DNA of 64,000 nucleotides from Escherichia coli (GTDB lineage Bacteria; Pseudomonadota; Gammaproteobacteria; Enterobacterales; Enterobacteriaceae): NCBI RefSeq assembly GCF_001677475.2, contig NZ_CP015229.1; one strand, 5' to 3'. Shown piece by piece: positions 1 to 9,556 of this stretch (position 1 is its first letter; each line of letters starts with the position of its first letter). The notes under the pieces were generated by a model. It saw only the letters and a program-made list of their open reading frames with translations, ran no database searches and was not told where the DNA came from. The position numbers and the translations under genes were made by a program.

Positions 1-191
1 ATTGCAACTGTTGATATGTTTTACTTAAACATACCCCGTATTTCTTATAACACTTGTTTGGTGACTATTTTCAATAAAAATCATATTTGTTAGTTACACA
101 TTAACGCACTGCGAGTGTTTTGTTACTCCCCGCATATATTTTATTCTCTTTTTCGATTCTATTTTTCTTAATCGTTCATATAATTTTCTTG

Positions 192-428
192 TTAGTCAGA
201 TTTACGAATCATGAGACTTATGATGGATGGAATGAGGCTAAGCGGCCAGGTCAACCCTGTAATTACTGCAGCAAACAACCGATATGTTACTTTTTCTTCC
301 GAGAAGATAAATATTAAGGTCGATGTCACAACCAGACCTATCAGGTAAGCTAACAGTAATTTATTGATCACTTTTACCTCCCTTACGATTTCTCTTTGAG
401 CGGTCCTTTTAATCCAGGACCGCCTCAT
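192..428 (-). CDS. hypothetical small membrane protein (78 aa, two hydrophobic segments), 9 bp downstream of the ygeQ-like gene
   Basis: Supplied ORF; translation has two hydrophobic stretches (LLLAYLIGLVVTSTLIFIF and LFAAVITGLTWPLSLIPSIISL); weak ribosome-binding site; AT-rich context; not recognised as a known protein. Confidence 0.25.
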   Translation of the reverse strand: MRRSWIKRTAQREIVREVKVINKLLLAYLIGLVVTSTLIFIFSEEKVTYRLFAAVITGLTWPLSLIPSIISLMIRKSD

Positions 429-436
429 TATGAAAA

Positions 437-2089
437 CTATTTAATTCCCTCATCATTGATAAGATTGGACATTTCTTTCAACATAAGAGTCATTGAGGCT
501 TTCGACCAGTTTAGCGGAATGATAGGGCTTGGCGCTTCATGCAAAGTTCCTGACTTGTGGATATAGTTATAGCTTTCGGGAAGTGCCATTTCAGGTACGC
601 TCCTGCCATTTGCACCAATCATATTCTCGCCTGTTATTTGGGCCAATGATCTATTCATAAATTGCACTGAGTCATTCAAATATTCTTCTTTTCTTGATTC
701 TTTATAAACAATTGCTGCTGATTTTGCATACCATGAGTCAAAAAACCATTCTGCTTCTGTTGATGGAATGAAGCTCTTTTCTCTTTTCGCATGTGAATTT
801 TCATCAGTATCAGTTTTAATATCATTGAACCAAAAATTTGCCGACTGATAATTATCCTTCTCGTATCTTTTTATACCATACGGACCTGCTAGTTTTTTAA
901 CTATTTTTAGAACTTGCTCTTTTCTTCTGGTGTTTATCTTTGAAAGATTTGCAGGATAAATAACATTAAGTAAGGCCGCATCAGCTTCTCTGTAATGTTT
1001 ATCTTTTTCCAGATAACCAGGGGATTCTCCCCCTAAATCAAGCTGTAGCGTTATTCTTTCATACCCTTTATCTATGAGATGGTTCAACCTCGTTGTTGAA
1101 AGAGTTTCATCCAGTTCATTGGCTTTAGCTTCGCGTAGTAAATCAGAAATAAAAAAAGAGTCTTTCTTCGAGAGTAAGTTCGACAAACGTTCCAGTCCCG
1201 AGGTCACCAGTGCAACGGAAGATGTGTTTAATCGGGCATCTTCTTCCCACGCTCCAGAATCTTCCATAACATAGAAATTGGCTTTATCCAGATAAGCAAC
1301 CAACAGCGCAATCGATTTTAATCGGTCACCTTTTTCCCAGTCTTCAGCGTTAATAGTACCAGTGTCGATTGCTTGTATAAGGAGATCAAGATAAAGACCT
1401 AAAGCATCATTTTGTTTATGGTTCCACAGCTGCGGCTTGCCTTCTTCCTGCACATCTGCCATCACGGGGGAGTTGCTGTCAAATCGGATATGTACAGCAT
1501 TCATTTGCCCAGGAATACCATCCAGTCGTTTTGGGTTGCTAATGACGTCCTGCATCCGCTTAATCTGGTCGGGCGTAGACATATAATCCCACAGAGTGAG
1601 CAGAACCTTTTTTGCGGCTACACTATTTCCCTGATCTGATACTAATGCCATATAGCCCCATAAACTATCCCTCAGCCAGACAGCATCATAGTGGGTTTCT
1701 GCCGCTGTTTTGTCATCTTCGAAAGTAGAAGCAAGAATAAATGTTCCCCAGGGTTTCTCCGTCAACGTTAACTTTCGTGTATTTTCTGTTAATGTTAACA
1801 ATCCTTGAATTTCGTCTTTGGTATAGTGGCTCTTTATTTCATTTTTTAATTTGGCTGAGTGAATCAGAAGACGATAATTAGGATACTTATCTGGATTTAA
1901 CGATAAATAACTTTTATCAGTTGCTGCCCCCGTGGAATTAAGAATGTTAAATACAGATTCACTCGTCACTTCTGCCCCTGTTGCCTGGCATGTGCCGCAT
2001 GAAAATATACCAGCGAGCAGAAGAGTTAATGTAGATTTCCCTTTCATAAAAGATTCCATCAATCGTTTGTTAAAAGCGTAGATAACCAC
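437..2089 (-). CDS. ygeQ: exported protein, YgeQ-like (550 aa); N-terminal signal peptide with Cys, WLRDS motif reminiscent of glucoamylase-like folds
   Basis: Long intact ORF; N-terminus MKGKSTLTLLLAGIFSCGTCQA looks like a signal/lipoprotein leader; it sits immediately before tRNA-Gly and ygeR, where ygeQ lies in E. coli from memory; function not established. Confidence 0.6.
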   Translation of the reverse strand: MVIYAFNKRLMESFMKGKSTLTLLLAGIFSCGTCQATGAEVTSESVFNILNSTGAATDKSYLSLNPDKYPNYRLLIHSAKLKNEIKSHYTKDEIQGLLTLTENTRKLTLTEKPWGTFILASTFEDDKTAAETHYDAVWLRDSLWGYMALVSDQGNSVAAKKVLLTLWDYMSTPDQIKRMQDVISNPKRLDGIPGQMNAVHIRFDSNSPVMADVQEEGKPQLWNHKQNDALGLYLDLLIQAIDTGTINAEDWEKGDRLKSIALLVAYLDKANFYVMEDSGAWEEDARLNTSSVALVTSGLERLSNLLSKKDSFFISDLLREAKANELDETLSTTRLNHLIDKGYERITLQLDLGGESPGYLEKDKHYREADAALLNVIYPANLSKINTRRKEQVLKIVKKLAGPYGIKRYEKDNYQSANFWFNDIKTDTDENSHAKREKSFIPSTEAEWFFDSWYAKSAAIVYKESRKEEYLNDSVQFMNRSLAQITGENMIGANGRSVPEMALPESYNYIHKSGTLHEAPSPIIPLNWSKASMTLMLKEMSNLINDEGIK

Positions 2090-2279
2090 TTATTTAACAA
2101 CTTGAAAATAAGGTATTTTACCTGGGTTGTTACAAATGAATTGCATTGCGTAAACGCTTTTATTTACAAAAAAATGGGGAAGCATTACGGCGATTGCGAA
2201 AAGTCTGAAGCGATTGAATTAAGATAATATAGAAAATCAGATACAACTAAAATGGCAGGTTGATGAGGTGAAGATAAAT

Positions 2280-2353
2280 TGGAGCGGGCGAAGGGAATCG
2301 AACCCTCGTATAGAGCTTGGGAAGCTCTCGTTCTACCATTGAACTACGCCCGC
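2280..2353 (-). tRNA. glyU: tRNA-Gly (anticodon CCC)
   Basis: Reverse complement reads GCGGGCGTAGTTCAATGGTAGAACGAGAGCTTCCCAAGCTCTATACGAGGGTTCGATTCCCTTCGCCCGCTCCA: cloverleaf with anticodon loop TTCCCAA, T-arm GGTTCGATTCC and encoded CCA end. Confidence 0.93.
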
Positions 2354-2431
2354 TTCGAGATGCGTAAGGCATTATAAACCTTACGCTCTCCTTAGCAAGT
2401 GCCGCGCTGCTGACTGCTGATTAATTCGCCA

Positions 2432-3211
2432 TCAGCATTTTGGCTTGCTGCCCTGAGGCGGCAAGTAACGTAGCGGATCAATTGCCGTTGCACGGTAACG
2501 AATCTGGAAATGCAGGCGAACAGATGCCGCATCAGTGCTCCCCATAGTGGCGATTTTTTGCCCAGCCTTCACGCTTTGCCCATTATTTACCAGCATCGTG
2601 TCATTATGGGCGTAAGCCGTAATGTAATCTTCACTGTGTTTAATCATGATGAGATTACCGTAGCCACGCAGCTGGTTGCCCACATACACCACCTTTCCTG
2701 CACCCGCGGCGTAAATAGGTGTACCCCGTGGAGCTGAGATATCAATCCCTTTATTGCCGCCATCAGCTGTCGAATACGGCATGATAACTTTCCCTGTCGT
2801 TGGCCATAACCAACAACGTTGCCCTACTGGCGGCCAGGAAGATTTCGGTACCGCTGATGAAGGTGTAACCGATGCGGTTTTGGTCGTTGATTTGATGGTT
2901 GATTTACGTGTACTACTGCTATTTTTCGCCCCACCCAGTTTTAGTTTCTGACCAACTTCAATGGTGTAAGGGGGTGAAATGCCGTTCAGTCGCGCAAGTT
3001 CTTTTACGCTGGTTCCCGTGGTGCGCGAAATACGATATAGCGTATCCCCCCGTTTCACGGTGTAAACGGAGCCGGAATACGTTCCTGTATCGGATGATTT
3101 GCTACCCGAACAGCCCGCCAAAAGCAGACCAACCGATAACAACATCACGATACCCAGAGATTTTTTATTCAGGCGTCCCGCACTCAAAATCTTTCCTCGC
3201 TTAAAAAACAA
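2432..3211 (-). CDS. ygeR: LysM-domain / M23 peptidase-family lipoprotein
   Basis: Translation has a lipoprotein leader (LLAGCSGS), a LysM-like segment (YTVKRGDTLYRISRTTG...LARLNGI) and an M23 peptidase-like C-terminus (GIDISAPRGTPIYAAGAGKV...HLHFQIR); the exact start is uncertain and may be a few codons downstream. Confidence 0.85.
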   Translation of the reverse strand: MFFKRGKILSAGRLNKKSLGIVMLLSVGLLLAGCSGSKSSDTGTYSGSVYTVKRGDTLYRISRTTGTSVKELARLNGISPPYTIEVGQKLKLGGAKNSSSTRKSTIKSTTKTASVTPSSAVPKSSWPPVGQRCWLWPTTGKVIMPYSTADGGNKGIDISAPRGTPIYAAGAGKVVYVGNQLRGYGNLIMIKHSEDYITAYAHNDTMLVNNGQSVKAGQKIATMGSTDAASVRLHFQIRYRATAIDPLRYLPPQGSKPKC

Positions 3212-3528
3212 GACGCCATATCATAGCAGCCAGCCTCTGGATACCCAATCTCTTGCTTCTGGAAAAACGCGGTAATAGAGAAAGAGGTTAATTTCATTTG
3301 GCAAAGGGAAGTATCATCAGCAAAATATTCGCTGCAGAGGTATCGAAGTTCCTGACTTTTACCCTATTTCCATCCTGATGCGTAATAATCCTGATTTATC
3401 ACATTGATTTTATCGCCACTCATATTGATACGTATCACTGTCCCTATTCAGGGTCCTGTTTCGTATCATATCTGTGTTTTTTTAACGTCATCACACTTCC
3501 TTCCTCCCCTAACGCTTATCGTCGTTTC

Positions 3529-3544
3529 TGGCGTAAATCTTGCC
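3529..3544 (+). promoter_or_regulatory. candidate sigma54 (-24/-12) promoter upstream of xdhA: TGGCgtaaatcTTGC
   Basis: GG and GC elements at the canonical 10-nt spacing, about 90 nt upstream of the xdhA start; found by eye, not scored. Confidence 0.4.
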
Positions 3545-3635
3545 TGCTTAGACTAAATCTTTGCCATAAGAACCAAATGTTCAAATCGAGGGGATTTCTA
3601 TGGAAGCGCGGGAAGCAACCGCTACGGGTGAATCT

Positions 3636-5897
3636 TGCATGCGCGTCGATGCCATTGCTAAGGTCACCGGGCGGGCACGATATACTGACGATTATGTTAT
3701 GGCGGGCATGTGTTACGCGAAATATGTACGTAGCCCTATCGCACATGGTTATGCCGTAAGTATTAATGATGAACAAGCCAGAAGTTTACCAGGCGTACTG
3801 GCGATTTTTACCTGGGAAGATGTACCTGATATCCCATTCGCTACAGCTGGGCATGCCTGGACACTTGACGAAAACAAGCGGGATACCGCCGATCGCGCAC
3901 TGCTAACTCGCCATGTTCGTCACCATGGTGACGCCGTTGCCATCGTTGTGGCCCGTGATGAACTCACGGCAGAAAAAGCGGCGCAATTGGTCAGCATTGA
4001 GTGGCAAGAATTACCCGTTATCACCACCCCAGAAGCGGCGCTGGCTGATGACGCTGAACCAATCCATAACGGCGGCAATTTACTAAAACAAAGCACGATG
4101 TCGACGGGTAATGTCCAACAAACAATCGATGCCGCCGACTACCAGGTACAGGGGCACTATCAGACGCCGGTCATTCAACATTGTCACATGGAAAGCGTGA
4201 CATCGCTGGCATGGATGGAGGATGACTCGCGAATTACCATCGTTTCCAGCACCCAGATCCCGCACATTGTTCGCCGTGTGGTTGGTCAGGCGCTGAATAT
4301 TCCCTGGTCATGCGTACGAGTCATCAAACCGTTTGTCGGTGGCGGTTTTGGTAATAAACAGGATGTACTGGAAGAGCCAATGGCGGCATTCCTGACCAGC
4401 AAGCTTGGCGGCATTCCGGTGAAAGTTTCCCTTAGCCGTGAAGAGTGTTTCCTCGCAACCCGTACCCGCCACGCTTTTACTATTGACGGGCAAATGGGCG
4501 TGAACCGCGACGGAACATTGAAAGGTTATAGTCTGGATGTTCTGTCTAACACCGGCGCTTATGCATCTCACGGGCACTCCATCGCTTCTGCAGGGGGGAA
4601 TAAAGTCGCTTACCTTTATCCTCGTTGTGCCTACGCTTACAGTTCAAAGACCTGCTATACCAACCTCCCCTCGGCTGGTGCGATGCGTGGTTATGGCGCG
4701 CCACAAGTCGTATTTGCCGTTGAGTCTATGCTTGATGACGCCGCGACAGCGTTAGGTATTGATCCTGTTGAAATTCGTTTACGCAACGCCGCCCGCGAAG
4801 GAGATGCTAATCCGCTCACAGGCAAACGTATTTACAGCGCAGGGTTGCCGGAGTGTCTTGAAAAAGGCCGGAAAATCTTTGAATGGGAAAAACGCCGTGC
4901 AGAGTGCCAGAACCAGCAAGGCAATTTACGCCGCGGCGTTGGCGTCGCCTGTTTTAGCTACACCTCTAACACCTGGCCTGTCGGCGTAGAAATAGCAGGC
5001 GCGCGCCTGTTGATGAATCAGGATGGAACCATCAACGTGCAAAGCGGCGCGACAGAAATCGGTCAGGGTGCCGACACTGTCTTCTCGCAAATGGTGGCAG
5101 AAACCGTGGGGGTTCCGGTCAGCGACATTCGCGTTATTTCAACACAAGATACCGACGTTACGCCGTTCGATCCCGGCGCATTTGCCTCACGCCAGAGCTA
5201 TGTTGCCGCGCCTGCGCTGCGCAGTGCTGCACTGTTATTAAAAGAGAAAATCATCGCTCACGCCGCAGTCATGCTACATCAGTCAGCGATGAATCTGACC
5301 CTGATAAAAGGCCATATCGTGCTGATTGAACGACCGGAAGAGCCGTTAATGTCGTTAAAAGATTTGGCGATGGACGCTTTCTACCACCCTGAACGCGGCG
5401 GGCAGCTCTCTGCTGAAAGCTCCATCAAAACCACCACTAACCCACCGGCATTTGGCTGTACCTTTGTTGATCTGACGATCGATATTGCGCTGTGCAAAGT
5501 CACCATCAACCGCATCCTCAACGTTCATGATTCGGGCCATATTCTTAATCCGTTGCTGGCAGAAGGTCAGGTACACGGCGGAATGGGAATGGGCATTGGC
5601 TGGGCGCTATTTGAAGAGATGATCATCGATGCGAAAAGCGGCGTGGTCCGTAACCCCAATCTGCTGGATTACAAAATGCCCACCATGCCGGATCTGCCAC
5701 AACTGGAAAGCGCGTTCGTCGAAATCAATGAGCCGCAATCCGCATACGGACATAAGTCACTGGGTGAGCCACCAATAATTCCTGTTGCCGCTGCTATTCG
5801 TAACGCGGTGAAGATGGCTACCGGTGTTGCAATCAATACACTGCCGCTGACGCCAAAACGGTTATATGAAGAGTTCCATCTGGCAGGATTGATTTGA
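3636..5897 (+). CDS. xdhA: xanthine dehydrogenase, molybdopterin-binding subunit
   Basis: Translation from MRVDAIAKVTGRARYTDDY matches the remembered XdhA N-terminus; the supplied ORF starts 12 codons earlier at 3600; aldehyde oxidase/xanthine dehydrogenase-type large subunit. Confidence 0.9.
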   Translation, partial: CMRVDAIAKVTGRARYTDDYVMAGMCYAKYVRSPIAHGYAVSINDEQARSLPGVLAIFTWEDVPDIPFATAGHAWTLDENKRDTADRALLTRHVRHHGDAVAIVVARDELTAEKAAQLVSIEWQELPVITTPEAALADDAEPIHNGGNLLKQSTMSTGNVQQTIDAADYQVQGHYQTPVIQHCHMESVTSLAWMEDDSRITIVSSTQIPHIVRRVVGQALNIPWSCVRVIKPFVGGGFGNKQDVLEEPMAAFLTSKLGGIPVKVSLSREECFLATRTRHAFTIDGQMGVNRDGTLKGYSLDVLSNTGAYASHGHSIASAGGNKVAYLYPRCAYAYSSKTCYTNLPSAGAMRGYGAPQVVFAVESMLDDAATALGIDPVEIRLRNAAREGDANPLTGKRIYSAGLPECLEKGRKIFEWEKRRAECQNQQGNLRRGVGVACFSYTSNTWPVGVEIAGARLLMNQDGTINVQSGATEIGQGADTVFSQMVAETVGVPVSDIRVISTQDTDVTPFDPGAFASRQSYVAAPALRSAALLLKEKIIAHAAVMLHQSAMNLTLIKGHIVLIERPEEPLMSLKDLAMDAFYHPERGGQLSAESSIKTTTNPPAFGCTFVDLTIDIALCKVTINRILNVHDSGHILNPLLAEGQVHGGMGMGIGWALFEEMIIDAKSGVVRNPNLLDYKMPTMPDLPQLESAFVEINEPQSAYGHKSLGEPPIIPVAAAIRNAVKMATGVAINTLPLTPKRLYEEFHLAGLI

Positions 5898-5907
5898 GGA
5901 TAACATC

Positions 5908-6786
5908 ATGTTTGATTTTGCTTCTTACCATCGCGCAGCAACCCTTGCCGATGCCATCAACCTGCTGGCTGACAACCCGCAGGCCAAACTGCTCGCCGGT
6001 GGCACTGACGTACTGATTCAGCTCCACCATCACAATGACCGTTATCGCCATATTGTTGATATTCATAATCTGGCGGAGCTGCGGGGAATTACGCTGGCGG
6101 AAGATGGCTCGCTACGTATCGGCTCTGCAACGACATTTACCCAGCTAATAGAAGATCCTATAACTCAACGTCATCTCCCGGCGTTATGTGCTGCGGCCTC
6201 ATCCATTGCCGGACCGCAGATCCGTAACGTCGCTACCTACGGTGGAAATATTTGCAACGGTGCCACCAGCGCAGATTCTGCCACGCCAACGCTAATTTAT
6301 GACGCAAAGCTGGAGATCCACTCCCCACGCGGTGTTCGTTTCGTCCCGATTAATGGCTTTCACACTGGGCCAGGCAAAGTGTCTCTTGAGCATGACGAAA
6401 TCCTTGTCGCCTTTCATTTTCCGCCCCAGCCGAAAGAACACGTGGGCAGCGCGCATTTTAAATATGCCATGCGCGACGCAATGGATATTTCAACGATTGG
6501 CTGTGCCGCACATTGCCGACTGGATAACGGCAATTTCAGCGAATTACGCCTGGCATTTGGTGTTGCCGCGCCAACGCCGATTCGCTGCCAACATGCCGAA
6601 CAGACTGCACAAAATGCGCCATTAAACCTGCAAACGCTGGAAGCTATCAGCGAATCTGTCCTGCAAGATGTCGCCCCGCGTTCTTCATGGCGGGCCAGTA
6701 AAGAGTTTCGTCTGCATCTCATCCAGACGATGACCAAAAAAGTGATTAGCGAAGCCGTCGCCGCGGCGGGGGGAAAATTGCAATGA
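5908..6786 (+). CDS. xdhB: xanthine dehydrogenase, FAD-binding subunit
   Basis: 292 aa with a CO dehydrogenase flavoprotein-like FAD-binding fold ([12 protein letters not shown]); immediately downstream of xdhA. Confidence 0.9.
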   Translation: MFDFASYHRAATLADAINLLADNPQAKLLAGGTDVLIQLHHHNDRYRHIVDIHNLAELRGITLAEDGSLRIGSATTFTQLIEDPITQRHLPALCAAASSIAGPQIRNVATYGGNICNGATSADSATPTLIYDAKLEIHSPRGVRFVPINGFHTGPGKVSLEHDEILVAFHFPPQPKEHVGSAHFKYAMRDAMDISTIGCAAHCRLDNGNFSELRLAFGVAAPTPIRCQHAEQTAQNAPLNLQTLEAISESVLQDVAPRSSWRASKEFRLHLIQTMTKKVISEAVAAAGGKLQ

Positions 6787-7262
6787 ATCACAGCGAAACA
6801 ATTACCATCGAATGCACCATTAACGGGATACCTTTTCTGCTTCACGCCGCACCAGGCACGCCACTCTCGGAATTACTCCGCGAACAAGGACTGCTAAGTG
6901 TCAAACAAGGGTGCTGCGTGGGTGAATGTGGTGCCTGTACGGTGCTGGTCGACGGCACAGCAATAGACAGTTGCTTATACCTTGCCGCCTGGGCTGAAGG
7001 AAAAGAGATCCGCACGCTTGAAGGTGAAGCGAAAGGCGGAAAACTTTCTCATGTTCAGCAGGCTTATGCGAAATCCGGCGCAGTGCAGTGCGGGTTTTGT
7101 ACGCCTGGCCTGATTATGGCTACCACGGCAATGCTGGCGAAACCACGCGAGAAGCCATTAACCATTACGGAAATTCGTCGCGGACTGGCGGGAAATCTTT
7201 GTCGCTGCACGGGGTATCAGATGATTGTAAATACAGTTCTGGATTGCGAGAAAACGAAGTAA
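6783..7262 (+). CDS. xdhC: xanthine dehydrogenase, 2Fe-2S iron-sulfur subunit
   Basis: 159 aa with 2Fe-2S cysteine motifs ([11 protein letters not shown]; CGFCTPG; CRCTGY); start overlaps the xdhB stop (ATGA). Confidence 0.9.
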   Translation: MNHSETITIECTINGIPFLLHAAPGTPLSELLREQGLLSVKQGCCVGECGACTVLVDGTAIDSCLYLAAWAEGKEIRTLEGEAKGGKLSHVQQAYAKSGAVQCGFCTPGLIMATTAMLAKPREKPLTITEIRRGLAGNLCRCTGYQMIVNTVLDCEKTK

Positions 7263-7270
7263 AAGGATAT

Positions 7271-7290
7271 CCGGCCTGAATTCAGGCCGG
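7271..7290. terminator. perfect 20-bp palindrome CCGGCCTGAATTCAGGCCGG between convergent xdhC and ygeV
   Basis: Inverted repeat read directly; a T-run follows on the minus strand, fitting a ygeV terminator. Confidence 0.55.
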
Positions 7291-7301
7291 ATTCACTGAG
7301 G

Positions 7302-9080
7302 TTATGTGTTTAACAACTCATATTTCTTAATCTTGCGATAGAGCGTAGCAATGCCGATGCCCAGTTCATCAGCAACTTGCTTCTTGCTGTTATGACGTGA
7401 AAGCGCCTCGCGGATCATTTGCTTTTCCATCTCCTCCAGCGCCGTGCCGCCCGCATCATCGAGTGACAGGTGTGCCTCAGTGACCTCTGTTACATCACTT
7501 TGCTCCGTTGTGCCATTATTCAGCAGATTTGGCGGCAATAGCGTGCTGTCGATAACTTCACCTGAAGGAACAACGTTAACCAGATATTCCATCAAATTGC
7601 TTAACTCGCGCAGGTTTCCGGGCCAACGATGCTTACGCAATATTTCGACGACATCGGGAGCAATGCCAGGATAAACCGATCCCAGACGACGGGTATGCAG
7701 ATGTAAAAAGTAATGCACCAGTAGTTCAATATCTTCCTGACGTTCACGCAGCGGTGGCAGAGTTATCGGGATAACATTAAGTCGGTAGAAGAGATCTTCG
7801 CGGAATTTACCTTCGGCAATGAACTGGGCCAAATTCTGGTTAGTTGCAGAAATGATGCGAATGTCGACTTGTATTGGGCTACTGGCACCAATCGGCAGAA
7901 TTTCACGTGCCTCAATAGCGCGCAGTAATTTAGCCTGCAACATTAATGGCATATCACCTATTTCATCGAGAAACAGCGTGCCCGTATTCGCCGCCTGAAT
8001 CAACCCTGTTTTACCGTTGGCAGAAGCGCCAGTAAATGCGCCTTTAACATAACCGAACAGTTCGCTCTCCAGAAGCTGCTCCGGAATCGCGGCACAGTTG
8101 ATAGCAATAAAGGGTTTATTCCGTCTTCCGCTCAACTTATGGATTGCACGGGCGACGACTTCTTTACCCGTGCCGCTTTCGCCAACCACCATAACGCTGG
8201 ATGGGCTGGGTGCAATACGGCTAATGAGTCGTTTTAATTGCCGCATAACACGGCACTCGCCAACCAATTGTTCAATATGCGGTTCATCAGGTGCATTTGC
8301 TACAGAAAAACTGGTATGCGATTGGTGAAACGCCATTAAAAATAATTGTCGGCCCTGAATGTTATGCAATTGACCAATGATTAATTCACTTTTATCGTCC
8401 CACGAAACAATATGCTGCATATGTCCATGGGTAAAATTACTCTCAAATGTTAATGGTCTGAAACGGATAGGTTTCCCAATAATATTATTTTGTACAACAC
8501 CAAGTGTTTTTAAGGCAGTCTGATTAACAAACTGAACCCGACTTTCATCATCAACAACTAATACGCCCTGATCCATATTATCGATCATGGTCGCGAATAT
8601 TTTACTGATGTTATCTCCTGGCCCCTGATCCTCCAGAAGTTTCGAAACAAAAATGGTGGATATATGGCGAACGTAATCAGAAAATTCGCGTAAATTATCA
8701 CTGATATGTTCTTGTTGCTCGTGGGTAACGGCAATCAAACTTATCACCCCAACACAACGATCCTGTAAAATGACAGGCGTACCCAGAAATGCTTTTTCAC
8801 GGCAATTTTCTTTACTATCGCAACCTTCGCAAAGGGGATCGAAGCGAGATTGTGTCACAACTTTTTCAGTTTTCGTTTCCAGGACGTGGCGGAGCAGGCG
8901 TGAGTTGCCGCTCAACTGGCGACCAAGAAACTTCCCATACGCGCCAGTTCCGGCGACGCGACACAAGTTTTCATCAACGATCTCAACCTCAAGCTGCAAA
9001 ACGCTGGCAAGCATTCTGGCAAAACGCTGAATTGTCGGTTGAATTTGCATCAATACTGACTGCGTAGTAGCAAGCTCCAT
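7302..9080 (-). CDS. ygeV: sigma54-dependent transcriptional activator (enhancer-binding protein) with N-terminal sensory domain
   Basis: 592 aa; AAA+ sigma54-interaction motifs (GESGTGKE, GAFTGA) and a C-terminal helix-turn-helix. Confidence 0.9.
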   Translation of the reverse strand: MELATTQSVLMQIQPTIQRFARMLASVLQLEVEIVDENLCRVAGTGAYGKFLGRQLSGNSRLLRHVLETKTEKVVTQSRFDPLCEGCDSKENCREKAFLGTPVILQDRCVGVISLIAVTHEQQEHISDNLREFSDYVRHISTIFVSKLLEDQGPGDNISKIFATMIDNMDQGVLVVDDESRVQFVNQTALKTLGVVQNNIIGKPIRFRPLTFESNFTHGHMQHIVSWDDKSELIIGQLHNIQGRQLFLMAFHQSHTSFSVANAPDEPHIEQLVGECRVMRQLKRLISRIAPSPSSVMVVGESGTGKEVVARAIHKLSGRRNKPFIAINCAAIPEQLLESELFGYVKGAFTGASANGKTGLIQAANTGTLFLDEIGDMPLMLQAKLLRAIEAREILPIGASSPIQVDIRIISATNQNLAQFIAEGKFREDLFYRLNVIPITLPPLRERQEDIELLVHYFLHLHTRRLGSVYPGIAPDVVEILRKHRWPGNLRELSNLMEYLVNVVPSGEVIDSTLLPPNLLNNGTTEQSDVTEVTEAHLSLDDAGGTALEEMEKQMIREALSRHNSKKQVADELGIGIATLYRKIKKYELLNT

Positions 9081-9450
9081 AGCTTTACCTTCCAGACTTA
9101 CTTAAAAGTCGATCATTGAAGACGTTGATGGTTCACAGATCATGATGATATTAACTCAGGCGAAATTGGCTTTGATAAAAACATAAGATTTTTATCATTT
9201 TCTAATGAAATTATGGAAGAGATATCACATTTCTATATCAATATGAGAATTACGGCGGTGAGTTTATCAAACTGACGAGGGATAGCCTGCCCCTTTATCT
9301 TATTTCTGATACTTAGCAGCAAATAAATAACGCAATAAAAAAATGCCAAACGTTTTCGTATTTTACAAACAACCCGAAGCTGGCATCAATTTGTGATCAA
9401 CCCCACACATTATCCGTCAAATTAGTCTTTTGCAGCCGCTTGGATAATTC

Positions 9451-9466
9451 TGGCACAGTTATTGTT
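9451..9466 (+). promoter_or_regulatory. weak candidate sigma54 promoter upstream of ygeW: TGGCACagttatTGTT
   Basis: Perfect -24 TGGCAC, but the -12 element is TTGT rather than TTGC; about 90 nt upstream of ygeW. Confidence 0.25.
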
Positions 9467-9556
9467 AGTCCCAGGTATAGCTGTGAAAACACCAATCACT
9501 TTGGCAAGTCACAGTGAAATAAACCTCTTTGCCTGTCATTCCACTACCGGGACTTT

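Noticed and set aside
120-317. 65-aa plus-strand ORF in the AT-rich left edge
   Set aside because: It overlaps the minus-strand 78-aa ORF, has a low-complexity hydrophobic translation driven by AT-richness, and has no ribosome-binding site. Most likely spurious.
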